NCBI GenBank assembly: GCA_977017575.1
Contig: CDRNVI010000040.1
Coordinates: forward strand, 558,001 to 622,000
From: Paramoeba atlantica
Taxonomy: Eukaryota > Protista > Discosea
Direction: 5' to 3'
Length of the DNA: 64,000 bases
In this document: piece by piece, positions 10,613 through 21,104 of the stretch
Position numbering within the stretch: the stretch's first letter is position 1
Layout of the letters: each line of letters opens with the position of its first letter
Position numbers and translations under genes: made by a program
The notes under the pieces: model-generated
The model's input: only the letters and a program-made list of their open reading frames with translations
Databases searched by the model: none
Told to the model about the DNA's origin: nothing

Positions 10613-11957
10613 CTCCCCCTCTCATTAATTTTTATAAATGGATTCTGAGTTATAAAAATTCGTTTTATGCGCTCTCATTAATTTTTATAAATCAACAAAC
10701 AAATTCAACTATTCTTTTTAAATTATGTTTCGAAGCAAACAAAAATGACTCTTTTGTTCTACTGAAAATGGATTACTTCATGGGCGTCCTTCACAGCGGT
10801 TTCTTTCAGAGAAGAGAAAGTGGTTGGTTTCTATGGTGGATAATAATGGTAAGAAAATTACGATAAAGATATCGTTTATGTAAAAAAGCAACTTTCTCAT
10901 ATGTATATATCTATACAGGGCATTACCTGTAGAGCAATTTAGTCGAAGCAGGACCTACGCATATGACGTCACCTGCATGACGTTTCGCTAACCATAAATA
11001 TCGTTGTCCCATGAAGGCGATTCCCTTCTTAGCCAGAGCTGAAAACTGCCCCTAATGGCCGCTTGTATGATCTCGGTACGACACTTATCGGAAAGTTTCG
11101 TATCACCCGAAAAGAGGCGACCAATCTGGCGCAGCGTTTTCGAAGGAAGACCTCTAGCTCCTACTTCAATGCATATCAAATGACAATCAGGATATCGTAT
11201 TTTGCGTCGGTGGAGAATGTTGCTATATTTTTTTTGGTAAGTTGGATGCAAACTCGATGTGGAGAAGTAAGGTCAGAACCTCCTCGTAGTCTTCCCTGGA
11301 ATTGCCATCTCACTGATGGTACTAACGCCGACCAACTACCGTTTTCTGGGTAGGGGGGACCTTAGATGAAAATTCATCGAAAGTTACATTGCACGGATGA
11401 GAAAAAGCTTGTCTGAGTTCTCAATTTTTTTAGTTAATTCGAGTTTCCATTCTAGTGTATTTTGATAAATAACCGGGTTTGCGGAAAATTTAAAACTTTC
11501 AAGAAAGTACTTTAAAGTTACTTTATTTTTTTCTAAAAACTTTCAAAAACTCTTTTTTTTGTATACCTTAGAATCACAGAGTTTCTTTCATGATTTTGAT
11601 TCGTCTGTATTCATTACAGTTTATTATCAGGCCTCTATACAATACATGATACTCTTTTTTCCGATGCAAAAGCTCACCCGGGGCAGTTTTTGTAAAGAAT
11701 TCTTTGCTCAAGTACCTAATGCAGAGGGCGACAATGTAAATTGTGTCCTGAGAATAACAATAAACGTTTTTGACGGCAAGAGGTCTGCAGCCCGATTACA
11801 TATCGGCAGAAAGGCATCTTCGAGGGCACGCTAAAAGCTACGATACGTGCACGGAACAAAGGGAAAAATGTCCCCGTCAAAATATCTTTTTATAATTATA
11901 ATTATAACTCATTTTTTGTTATAAAATATAATTTATAAAAATTAATGAGAGGGGGAG
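10613..11957. mobile_element. Non-autonomous TIR element (Stowaway/mariner-like), 1345 bp
   Basis: Perfect 27-bp TIR CTCCCCCTCTCATTAATTTTTATAAAT at both ends, with TA at 10611-12 and 11958-59. Confidence 0.85.
10988..11350 (-). pseudogene. Relic of a restriction-like endonuclease (REL) C-terminus from a non-LTR retrotransposon (R2/NeSL/HERO-type)
   Basis: Frame-shifted ...W.ALV...DLTSPHRVCIQLT / QKKY...CIEVGARG...AAIRGSFQLWLRR resembles the IELTVPWE...KY...VEVGxRG...S.WLWxxR consensus. Confidence 0.55.
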
Positions 11958-13238
11958 TATGCAGTCTACTCGATATCAAGAGTGGAAATCTTCGCGGCAA
12001 CCAGTACTCACATTACTTCGGCGCCTCCAATTGAACCGAACATGAATTTTACTTCTGGGTTCAAAATTTATGAGTTGCAGACGGATACGGAGCTCGCTTA
12101 CTCCGTTGCACCGAAATCTCACTCCCCATATAGAATTGTCCTTTTCCTTAGGAAGAAGATCTAGATCTCGAGGATCAATCTTTTGGGAATTTCGACTGTG
12201 TGTATCTTCAATTCATTACAAGTAATCCACTATTTTTCTTTCATGATGCATATTGCATGGAAATCTACACTTTGGAAATATATTTTTGTTTACTTTTTTA
12301 TGTTACTTCATCAAACTCTCTTTTTAATGCCTGGCACCTCTCCATTTTGATGGCCCTCGGTGTGAAGCGTCTGCTTCTACAGGTTTTGCTGAGAGAGAAG
12401 AATACCATCTGCGAACATAATTGCGAATATCTTCGAATAGGGACACGAATGGGGTACATGAGTTTATTTTGTAAACGTTTTATGCATTATTTTGTATTTG
12501 ATATCATTGTTATGTTGCGACGTTGGTATTTTTTAAATGAATATACTAGCTAGTAAAACTAACTAGGGGAAGGGGATTCCTTCTTAATCTTGATGAAATG
12601 ATCTAATATGTTTCATGTGCATCTTGGTCTGATGAATCATTATCTATTTTTAAAACAAATGAAAAAATATCATATTTTAAATGTGAATATCTATTTTTAA
12701 GTATGGATTCCTGTTTGCAAAAGAAAGGCCGCGTGAGATCCTTTGCTTTACCCTCCGAAACTCAACTTTCTCGTTTTCTAAGAAATATTACGAAAGTGCA
12801 CGCAAGTTGGACAGAAGTAAATGAAGCGTGTAGCTGGCACCGTGTTAAGTGTCATCAACATGGATTCGTTCGGAGATTGCACTGGTCTGGCCGTGATCTT
12901 CGTGGTTCTCTTTACTGGAGATCTCTTCCTCATACGGTATCTGTTCTCTTTTTGCATGAAAATTTATTAACGGGCGAGATCATGCTGGGAGACCTACCTC
13001 ACGAATTATACAAAATTGATGTTGCTAGGAACAAATTCTTAGGTCATATGCCAATCAATTAAATGCCGCCTGGTACTCATAAGTGGTTGGCATATATGAA
13101 TTCGCTGGAAGGTTGTCTTGATCTTTCTCAACTTCCTCAAACATTACATACCTTGAGTGTCCATGAAAATAGATTTTCTGGAAATATTGATTTGTCTTCG
13201 CTACCTTCAACTTTGGTGCATTTGATACAGTTGGTGAT

Positions 13239-13389
13239 AAAGATACAGTTTCTGTACCTTGTTGGTACATTTTCCCTTTAGTTCATCTTTTCTTTCCCCG
13301 GCAACGGGCATAATCTTACTGTTTTATATGCCCGTTGCCGGCCGGCACTAAGGCCGAAACTGTCCCTCTTTCTCGGCGAAGTAGGGGAC
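13239..13389 (+). ncRNA. Spliced-leader (SL) RNA-like sequence, copy 1 (gene, pseudogene or SL-derived element)
   Basis: GATACAGTTTCTGTACCTTGTTG|GTAC matches the conserved 3' half of the kinetoplastid SL exon, with GT at 13265. It has a donor stem-loop, a 15-bp hairpin (13298-13341) and a third hairpin (13362-13389). The canonical AACTAA 5' end is not seen. Confidence 0.6.
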
Positions 13390-13810
13390 GCGCTTCCACC
13401 CCATCACCCCTCCCCGGCTCACTCCTTGAGTGGGTTTTCTTCCCTCCCCGGCTTTCTTCCCTTCGCGCCCTTTTCTTCCCGGGGAGCCATGCGCCATGGT
13501 GGCCTCCCTTGAGGACCGCTGGGCGTGGCTCTGCCTCGCATTATCGCGAGGCAGCGGTCGGTTGCAGTGCGCCCCTCCGGCTGCGTAAAGAGGTGGTGAG
13601 TTGCCTGGACCACCTCTACCGACTGGGACCGAGTCGGTTGCAGTGCGCCCCTCCGGCTGCGTAAAGAGAGGGCGAGTTGCCTGGACCCCCTCTACCGACA
13701 GAGTCCGAGCTAAACCCCCTTGGTGCGACATCCGTCAATACGGATTGTGCCGATGATATCGGCTGTCGCATCAAGGGCTGTATCTCTGCGCCAACGAGCG
13801 CATGAACATC

Positions 13811-13956
13811 AAAAGATACAGTTTCTGTACCTTGTTGGTACATTTTGCTAGCCCTTCCTTTCTTTTCCCGGAAACAGGCATATTCTTACTTTTAAATGCC
13901 CGTTTCCGGCTGACTGCTAGCTGGAACTGTCCCTCTTTGTCGCGGAAGTAGGGGAC
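13811..13956 (+). ncRNA. SL RNA-like sequence, copy 2
   Basis: First 35 nt are identical to copy 1 (GT at 13837). Hairpin 13868-13909 carries a compensatory C-G to A-T change. Confidence 0.6.
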
Positions 13957-15087
13957 GCACTTCGCACTCTTCACCTCTCCCCGGCTCGCTCTCTTCGAGT
14001 GAGCTTTCTTCCCTCCCCGGCTCTCTACTTCTCGTGCTTTCTTCTCCCGGGAGCTATGCGCCATGGTGGCCTCCCTTGAGGACCACTGGGCGTGCTACAG
14101 CGGGAGGACACGTTGTATGCGTGTATAGGGGATGCGAACTTGCACCCCTCTCTCCCTACATGCTGTAGCGAGTGCGGCGGTAACGGACCTCCCCATGATG
14201 CATCATGATCCACGATAGACCATCTGACAGCATGAACCCACGGCTTGACCGTGTTGCAGCATGAACCATGGCTATACGTGCTGTAGCATGACCGATGGGC
14301 GACTCGTCTCCTACCTCGCACTCCACTCTCTGTGTGACACCCGTCGTATGCGGGTCATGCGCTGATGGTATCGGCCGTCACACAGAGAGACGTATCTCTG
14401 CGCCACGAGCGTATGATCATAACCTTGGGCGGAAACGGCTTTGAAGGCAAAATCAAAATTGACAATTTATCTAGCAGGTTACAATCTCTCCGACTCAATG
14501 ACACCCATTTAAGTGGTACTATAGATGTTAAAAAATTACCAGCATCATTATCCAAGCTCAATATTCAAAACTCAAGTTTATTATTGCTTCACGAAAAGTA
14601 ACCTCATCGCTAACTGATTCATCTCAATCAGGATTCTCAGAGTCGTAGCGCAGCAAAGGTACTATAGATTCTGCATACGGTATTGCCAAGCTTGAACTCT
14701 GTCATTGTGGGTTTTACTAAGTTTTACGGATTGCAGCGCAACGTTGACCTACTTGTACTTGCAAAACGTTTTTCCTCTTGAAGTGCTCTGCTCCCTCAAC
14801 GGATTCCCACAAAAAGTGCCAACAAGTTATGAAAGGGCCAATATAAAGAATACGAAAGAGGGAGTAGCCTTAAAGAAAATCATATGGAATAGGTTCGGAC
14901 AGCTTGAACTTTACTTACGATGTCAGCAGTAATCATGCTTTATATTTTTGGTAAACGTTCTAAAAATGTTTCGGTTCCTATTTATGGTAAAATTGCATGG
15001 TAAATTCGACATTCCTGCACCTCAATCAATGGACAAGATAAAAACTCCTCTCTAATCCGCACGAGGCAGAATTCCACGTGCACTTAC

Positions 15088-16434
15088 ATGCCCCATCGCG
15101 TGGCCCTGGTCTCCGACTTTTTTCACCCCGGATTTGGAGGGGTGGAAATTCACATCTACAACGTGGCACAGTGTCTCCTACGTCGCGGACATAAGGTCAT
15201 TGTCATTACCCGGTCCTACGGCGCCTCCTATACCGGTGTCCGTTGGCTCACCGGCGGTCTCAAGGTGTACTACCTCCCCTTTATTGGGGTACGCGTCCCC
15301 CCCGGTACCGTCACCCTACCAACGCTGTTTGCCAACTTACCCGTACTCCGCTGTATATTTCTCCGAGAGCGGGTGGAGATTGTCCACGGTCACCAAACCA
15401 CCAGCACCCTGTGCCACGAAGCCCTTCTCCATGCCCTCACCATGGGACTCCGGGTGTGTTTCACCGACCACTCCCTGTTCGGGTTCGCGGACAGTGCCTC
15501 GATCCACATTAACAAAGTACTGGAGTGGTCCCTGCGTTGTATGCACCAAGTGATCTGTGTCAGCCACACCTCCCGGGAGAACACCGTGCTACGGGCGAAG
15601 ATCTCCCCCGAGACGGTCAGTGTGATTCCCAATGCCGTGGACACCACGGGGTTTGCCCCGCCGGTCGCTATGAAGGGACTGCCCTGGGGCACCGTACTGC
15701 GTGGGGGCCCGCCCACGGTTGTGGTACTCACCCGGTTGGTGTACCGCAAAGGGGTGGACCTCCTGGTGGATGTGATCCCGGGGTTGTGTGCGCGACACCC
15801 CGGACTACGCTTTGTGATTGGTGGGGATGGACCACGCCGGCTGCAGTTGGTGCAAATGATTGAACGGCACGCTTTGTTTGATCGCGTGGAAATGCTCGGG
15901 GCGCTGGAACATTCACAAATTAAGAGCACACTTAACCGCGGACAGATTTTTTTGAATTGTTCGCTCACGGAGGCGTTCTGCATTGCCATACTAGAGGCGG
16001 CGGCGTGTGGACTGCTGGCCGTGTCCACAAGAGTTGGTGGGGTTCCCGAGGTGCTCCCACCCTCAATGCTTTACCTTGCCGAACCCGATCCCGCTTCCCT
16101 GATTGCAGCCTTAGAAAGGGCCATTGCGAGAGTGCCTTACGTGTCTCCGTGGAGCTTTCATGAATCTGTGTCTTCGTTTTATTCGTGGCGTAGCGTGGCA
16201 GAGCGTACAGAGAAGATTTATAAACAAATTTCTAGTGTCGACTGTCCCGCTCTCAGACTTTCTGAACGTATTCGCAGATACGTAAAAATTGGCCCTGTAT
16301 ATGGGCTGTTGTGTGTTGCCATAGCGGTTGTTGATTGGGTTCTTCTGCAGTTCCTTATTATTTTTTATCCAAAAGAAGACATGGACATGGCCTTAGACCT
16401 TCAAAAAAGAGATGAAGTCATATTGGGAAAATAA
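15088..16434 (+). CDS. PIGA: GPI-GlcNAc transferase catalytic subunit PIG-A/GPI3
   Basis: VSDFFHPGFGGVEIHIY, HKVIVITRSY, VFTDHSLFGFAD, FLNCSLTEAFCIAILEAA and a C-terminal TM helix. Confidence 0.96.
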   Translation: MPHRVALVSDFFHPGFGGVEIHIYNVAQCLLRRGHKVIVITRSYGASYTGVRWLTGGLKVYYLPFIGVRVPPGTVTLPTLFANLPVLRCIFLRERVEIVHGHQTTSTLCHEALLHALTMGLRVCFTDHSLFGFADSASIHINKVLEWSLRCMHQVICVSHTSRENTVLRAKISPETVSVIPNAVDTTGFAPPVAMKGLPWGTVLRGGPPTVVVLTRLVYRKGVDLLVDVIPGLCARHPGLRFVIGGDGPRRLQLVQMIERHALFDRVEMLGALEHSQIKSTLNRGQIFLNCSLTEAFCIAILEAAACGLLAVSTRVGGVPEVLPPSMLYLAEPDPASLIAALERAIARVPYVSPWSFHESVSSFYSWRSVAERTEKIYKQISSVDCPALRLSERIRRYVKIGPVYGLLCVAIAVVDWVLLQFLIIFYPKEDMDMALDLQKRDEVILGK

Positions 16435-16580
16435 TTTTTGGTGGGTCTATTCAATTTATTTCACGTTAGATTATTTTTAGTCCGGTCTTCTATTGTTCCA
16501 TCTTGTAGTGGAAAAGAGCCGCTGTTTTTAGCAACAACAGCTAGGAGTAGAAAAACAAATTTAATCTTTCATCCTGTAAG

Positions 16581-17474
16581 ATGACCTGTCAGATTCGGTG
16601 CCAAGACGATGTTTCTCAAAACAAAAGGTACTCCGCACAAGCTTCGTCAAGTAATGAATTTTCAATTCCTTCTTCCCGTGCAGCAAAGGTTCGAGGTGCA
16701 CAATTACCTTCTCAATATCTTCTTGTGCGATTTGTTAGCAACATTACTGGTCAGGATATCACATGGAATTCCGATGCTGATGCTTGCACCTGGAAAGGTG
16801 TACATTGTAATGGGGATTTTGAAGTTAAATACGTATTGTGGCCAGACTTTAATCTCCATGGTACACCATGTTGGAAGTATCTTCCTTCCACCACTCGGAC
16901 AGTAGATCTTAGCAATGTGATGGTGCATGATACAATGAATATTCTGGAGGGATCAGTTCCGCTATATGAACTTCCACATGCCATGGAAATTCTTGTTCTA
17001 CGCAAAAATAAGTTTTCTAATGAACTTGATCTTTCTCATATGCCTCGCACTATGCTAACTCTTGACGTGTTGAGCAACTGTTTAGAAGGTAGTGCGGAAT
17101 TAGAGCAACTCCCTGGTACAATGTCCTTTCTAAATCTTTCAAGAAATCAAATGAGCGGATCTCTCCAAATCGATTTACTTCCTTCTTCAATGAAGGAGCT
17201 CTATGTCTCACATAATTTGTTTTCGGGAAATGTGGTTCTCACAAGCTTACCCTCTCGCCTGACTGTATTGTGTCTAGAAGCGAACCGTCTTCACGGATCT
17301 ATCGATTTAAGTTGTCTTCCTAAATGCATAATAATGATTACTTTGGACGAAAATCATTTTTCTGGTCATGTAGATCTGACCACTCTTCCTAGGAGTTTAA
17401 AAATAGTGCGGCTTGGGGGAAATTCTATATCTTCGTATACCCCTGTCCCTGCTCCCATATGCGTGCAAATATAG
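16581..17474 (+). CDS. Leucine-rich repeat protein (lineage-expanded family)
   Basis: N-cap KVRGAQLP..CTWKGVHC, then LPxxLxxLxLxxNxFSG repeats. Confidence 0.88.
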   Translation: MTCQIRCQDDVSQNKRYSAQASSSNEFSIPSSRAAKVRGAQLPSQYLLVRFVSNITGQDITWNSDADACTWKGVHCNGDFEVKYVLWPDFNLHGTPCWKYLPSTTRTVDLSNVMVHDTMNILEGSVPLYELPHAMEILVLRKNKFSNELDLSHMPRTMLTLDVLSNCLEGSAELEQLPGTMSFLNLSRNQMSGSLQIDLLPSSMKELYVSHNLFSGNVVLTSLPSRLTVLCLEANRLHGSIDLSCLPKCIIMITLDENHFSGHVDLTTLPRSLKIVRLGGNSISSYTPVPAPICVQI

Positions 17475-17867
17475 TATTTCATTCTACCTGTCTTAAAACG
17501 CTGGGCTGCACATTGCGTGCTATCTATATCAATCCTATGCGAATACCATACCAATATATACCAGTACTATTACATTATACTACATATTACAGAGGCAGTA
17601 GCCACGTACTACGAGGCAGTAACCACGTACTACCTTCCACCATTTAGCTATAGCACTACGTTTGCCTCGAGACCATTCGGGATACATTCATTGGAATATG
17701 GTAATGAAAGTTTCAATGAAAAAGTCGTCGTTCGACCGCATAGGTTTCCCTCAGTTATTTAATACGTTTGAATTCGTAAGAAACGTTGATGTTAACGTTT
17801 TTTTTCGAACACAGTAAAAGTTGCGTAGCATCTGTTGATATATTCTTCTTCTTACTTCTTACTTCCT

Positions 17868-19310
17868 ATGACCGAGTCCTCTCGCAAGAAACCTTCCCCG
17901 ACGATTGTAAATCGCCAAGACGGAGCCGCACACGGACGCATGACACGCGATGCCGGCGCCTCTCTCCACTCTCGTCTTCTCCGGTCCAGCACCAAGAGTC
18001 TCTCCCCGGTACGCGACACCAGCTCTTTTCGCGCCTCCTCCCCTGAAGATGTGAGACAAGTGGCTCGCATCACCACACGATCCATGACACGCTCTCGGCT
18101 GGATGATGTCACCCTCCTACGCAAAGTCAACAAAGTGCTTGAATACGAAGACAAGCACACAAAGGCAACACAAAAACTTCCCCCTCCCACAAAGCCGGGC
18201 TCTAAAACAACGAAACCAGGAAAATCAGAATTGGTTGTCGGCAAGCCCCTAAAAGAAACCACCGGAAAAAAACTGCACGAAAGTACGGTGAAGAAATCAA
18301 CGGCAAAGTTAGAAAACGGTCGACGGGAAAAGAAAGAGGACACGGGCAAGACACAGGATAGGAAAGTCTCGCCTACGGTCAAGCCTTCGGCGGTAGTCAA
18401 GCCTTCGACACCTTCAAAAGCACTTGATTTCAGCCCTATAGGTCGTATGGGTCGAGGAAGCCGTGTTGAGATTGATATCCCGGGGGTTCTGGTCGGAACC
18501 GGAAAGCGTAGTAACCCTCTTCGAATCCCTTTGCGAGAGTCCCCGAATGGTAGTGCGTGCTACCATTGCCCTATGGGTATTGAAGTGTGTGATTGTGTCG
18601 AGATGAAAGAGTTGATTTGGCGACATTTAAAGGGAACGGGAAAATCTCGTGTGAGCGGACTGCGTATACTCAACGCAAAGAGTATTCTTCCGAACTTTGT
18701 TTCTCGGCTGATTCGGTTATTGAAGGTTTCTTCTTCAGACGTGTTCTGGGATCTTGGCAGTGGACATGGAAGTGTCGTTATGCAAGTTGCATTGCAAACA
18801 GGGGCGGACGCTATCGGGGTGGAAATTCAACGTCCCAACGTGGAGCTCGCAGAAGTCGCTTGGCCTAAAATACGAGCTGAGTGGGTCAAGAGGTATCCTG
18901 ACCGGAAGGTAGGAAACGTAACGTTTCTTGCGGAAGATATGATTGCTGTTCTTCGTCGTTCCATTAGCCCTAAAGATAAGACAGCCCCAAAGGCTCCCAC
19001 GGCGGTGTGGGCCGCGAATCTTCTATTTGGCAGTATGTTGAATTATCGCATGAGTGAAGTCCTGCCTCAGGTACCCTCACTTCGTGGAGTGGCGACCATG
19101 ACAGACGTTTATCCGCACGAACGCATGCTTGCTCGTTTGCGTAACCCTGTACCTTACAACCGCTTCCCAGTCATGCGTAATCATCTATGGCAGCCGGGCT
19201 CAGTAGAGTGGAGTGAGACGGAAGTCTTACCCTTTTATACGTACCAGGAAAAAGAAAAAAAGGTAAAGACTGAAACAGGCCAAAAAGAAGAGCAAGAAGA
19301 GGTGCTGTAA
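17868..19310 (+). CDS. DOT1: DOT1-family histone H3 methyltransferase, kinetoplastid DOT1B-like
   Basis: CYHC...CDC motif, NAKSILPNFVSR (CAKS-equivalent), VFWDLGSGHGSV SAM motif, GVEI, NLLF, DVYPH...SVEW. Long basic low-complexity N-terminus. Confidence 0.85.
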   Translation: MTESSRKKPSPTIVNRQDGAAHGRMTRDAGASLHSRLLRSSTKSLSPVRDTSSFRASSPEDVRQVARITTRSMTRSRLDDVTLLRKVNKVLEYEDKHTKATQKLPPPTKPGSKTTKPGKSELVVGKPLKETTGKKLHESTVKKSTAKLENGRREKKEDTGKTQDRKVSPTVKPSAVVKPSTPSKALDFSPIGRMGRGSRVEIDIPGVLVGTGKRSNPLRIPLRESPNGSACYHCPMGIEVCDCVEMKELIWRHLKGTGKSRVSGLRILNAKSILPNFVSRLIRLLKVSSSDVFWDLGSGHGSVVMQVALQTGADAIGVEIQRPNVELAEVAWPKIRAEWVKRYPDRKVGNVTFLAEDMIAVLRRSISPKDKTAPKAPTAVWAANLLFGSMLNYRMSEVLPQVPSLRGVATMTDVYPHERMLARLRNPVPYNRFPVMRNHLWQPGSVEWSETEVLPFYTYQEKEKKVKTETGQKEEQEEVL

Positions 19311-19694
19311 GAGGAATAGAGTATATCGTTGGTTTTTATTGTTTTACAGCGATGTCTTTTTCGCTGAACGTTATTTTTTTCTCGTTCGAGAATCTTGGTT
19401 TTAGATTTGTTTTAGTTTTCTTAGAGTAGGTTTTAGAGTATGATCTTACTACCGTCGTCCAGTGGATGGGAAATAAATAAATTTCTTTCTATGGATTCTT
19501 GAATTTTGTATGCACAGCTAGGTGCATCTTACACGAAAAACGCAGAGTAGTAAAAACAATTCTTGCATGCACATCGCTTGAATTTGTTTGGTATGTGTAA
19601 ACTTTCTTTTAAAAAAAATGAAACTGTAATTAGAAAATCTTCTAATTAATTTTCAATGTGTGTATTTGATTAATGGCAATGTATTTAGCACAAA

Positions 19695-21104
19695 ATGAAT
19701 AGTTTACCCGACCTTCCTGACTCGCTAACTCGCATCAGTTCAAGTTCTACTTCCGAGAACTCGCAATCTACTTATCCATCTGACCAAGAAAAGAGCAGTC
19801 AGAAGCTGCAAAGTAGAACCTCGGATAGTTTCATTGGATCTAAAAAGCAAAGGCTTTCGTCTGCTGAATGTTCAACGGAAAGTGTAACCCCTTTTCTATT
19901 GGCCGAAAAATCCAACTCTTTGCGTTCTGAAGAGGAAGCACTCGAGATTCCACTGGGTCAACCATTATTGAAGCGTAAAGATGGGGACATTTCGCCTTAC
20001 CTCTCATCTGAATCAAATCTTCGAAATGATCGTAATACTTTTCCTAGCGTATCGAATCCTCCCGCTATGCAGCACTCTGGAGCTGGCATTATTTCCATCG
20101 AAAATAACCTACGTGTTGAGATTCGATCGCTTCAGGATGCGGTAAACAGTCTTCAGCTAGAGTGTGTCGTACTACGTTTGTTAGCAAAAGAATATCTCAA
20201 GGCTGATTCAAGATCAGAATCGGGTGAGAATAAAAATTATCTTCTTAAATGTGTTTTAGAAAACGCCCCTTCTGCCTTAGAAAAATCTCTATCTCGAACC
20301 TACGAGGCAGAAAAGAAATACTTGAAACTCGAAGCACGGGTTTTGGAACAAGATAACCTTCTTTCTCAACAGCAGTTGCACCTCCAAGAAAGAGAGTCTG
20401 TCTTTCATTTAGAGCTGCAATCGGCGAATAAACAAATAAACGCTATGAAACAGAAGCATAACACAATGGCAATGGAACAAGAAAACGAAATCAATGCCAT
20501 GAAACTTGAAAGACAACAAATGCATACTCGATATTCTGAAATTACTCAAGAACTGAATGCACTTCGACAAAATCTTAAATCGAAAAAAGAGGCAACAAAA
20601 GATGCCGATGCAGCTTTCCGTTGCTTTGCCGCGACTGGATTCGACGAGAGTTGTGATATTGGAAAAATTGCGTCTCACCTCACCTTCCTATCCAGCGTGA
20701 TTTCAATGGCAAAAGAGGTCAGTTTGGAGCTTTCACATAATGGATCGCTTTCTAGTCGAGTAACTCACCTTATCGTGCCTCAAGGACACGTAAGGAGGGT
20801 GACCATGAAGGTATTACACGCTCTGGTAACTGGAATTTGGGTTTTACCAAGCGCGTACTTGGAAGCCTGCGTTGAACATCGATGTTGGGTCGGCGAAAGG
20901 GAGTATGGTACGCGATATGCTCCTCCGCCCTTTCTGGATAAACGCATTTGCGTCTCCCTGCGGGGACGTCATGAATCCACAGCTCTCGATATCGTAAATC
21001 GGGGTGGCGGTATATTAGTGAGCGATCCCTCGCTTGCAGAGTATGTATTAAACGATTGGAAAATTTTCACACGTGATCTTCTAGAAGGTCGATTCAAGTG
21101 CTAA
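19695..21104 (+). CDS. Coiled-coil plus C-terminal BRCT protein, KKT4-like kinetochore candidate
   Basis: Ser-rich N-terminus, long heptad region, then BRCT (THLIV...TMKVLHALVTGIWVL..Y...W) followed by RYAPPPF...GGGILV, a reduced second BRCT as recalled for KKT4. Confidence 0.6.
   Translation: MNSLPDLPDSLTRISSSSTSENSQSTYPSDQEKSSQKLQSRTSDSFIGSKKQRLSSAECSTESVTPFLLAEKSNSLRSEEEALEIPLGQPLLKRKDGDISPYLSSESNLRNDRNTFPSVSNPPAMQHSGAGIISIENNLRVEIRSLQDAVNSLQLECVVLRLLAKEYLKADSRSESGENKNYLLKCVLENAPSALEKSLSRTYEAEKKYLKLEARVLEQDNLLSQQQLHLQERESVFHLELQSANKQINAMKQKHNTMAMEQENEINAMKLERQQMHTRYSEITQELNALRQNLKSKKEATKDADAAFRCFAATGFDESCDIGKIASHLTFLSSVISMAKEVSLELSHNGSLSSRVTHLIVPQGHVRRVTMKVLHALVTGIWVLPSAYLEACVEHRCWVGEREYGTRYAPPPFLDKRICVSLRGRHESTALDIVNRGGGILVSDPSLAEYVLNDWKIFTRDLLEGRFKC

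Larger units (their letters stand above)
13239..14420 (+). repeat. Two head-to-tail units (572 and 610 bp) with homologous 5' ~290 bp and 3' ~65 bp and unrelated middles
   Basis: Units are 13239-13810 and 13811-14420. Both end in gtatctctgcgcca(a)cgagcgYatgaWcat. Unit 1 has an internal ~76-bp duplication (about 13558-13700). Confidence 0.85.
12703..14601 (+). pseudogene. Leucine-rich repeat gene, disrupted by an in-frame stop (13060-62) and a ~1.2 kb insertion (~13228-14420)
   Basis: LRR units (LPQTLHTLSVHENRFSGNIDLSS, LPSTLVHL|TLGGNGFEGKIKIDN, LSSRLQSLRLNDTHLSG) continue across the insertion. N-cap matches the other LRR genes in the window. Confidence 0.8.

Noticed and set aside
13335-14321. 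ORFs overlapping the SL-like units
   Set aside because: Low-complexity products of GC-rich repeat DNA; not conserved in frame between units.
13400-14380. 5S rRNA linked to the SL-like repeat, as in some bodonids
   Set aside because: No 5S-like sequence is recognisable in either spacer.
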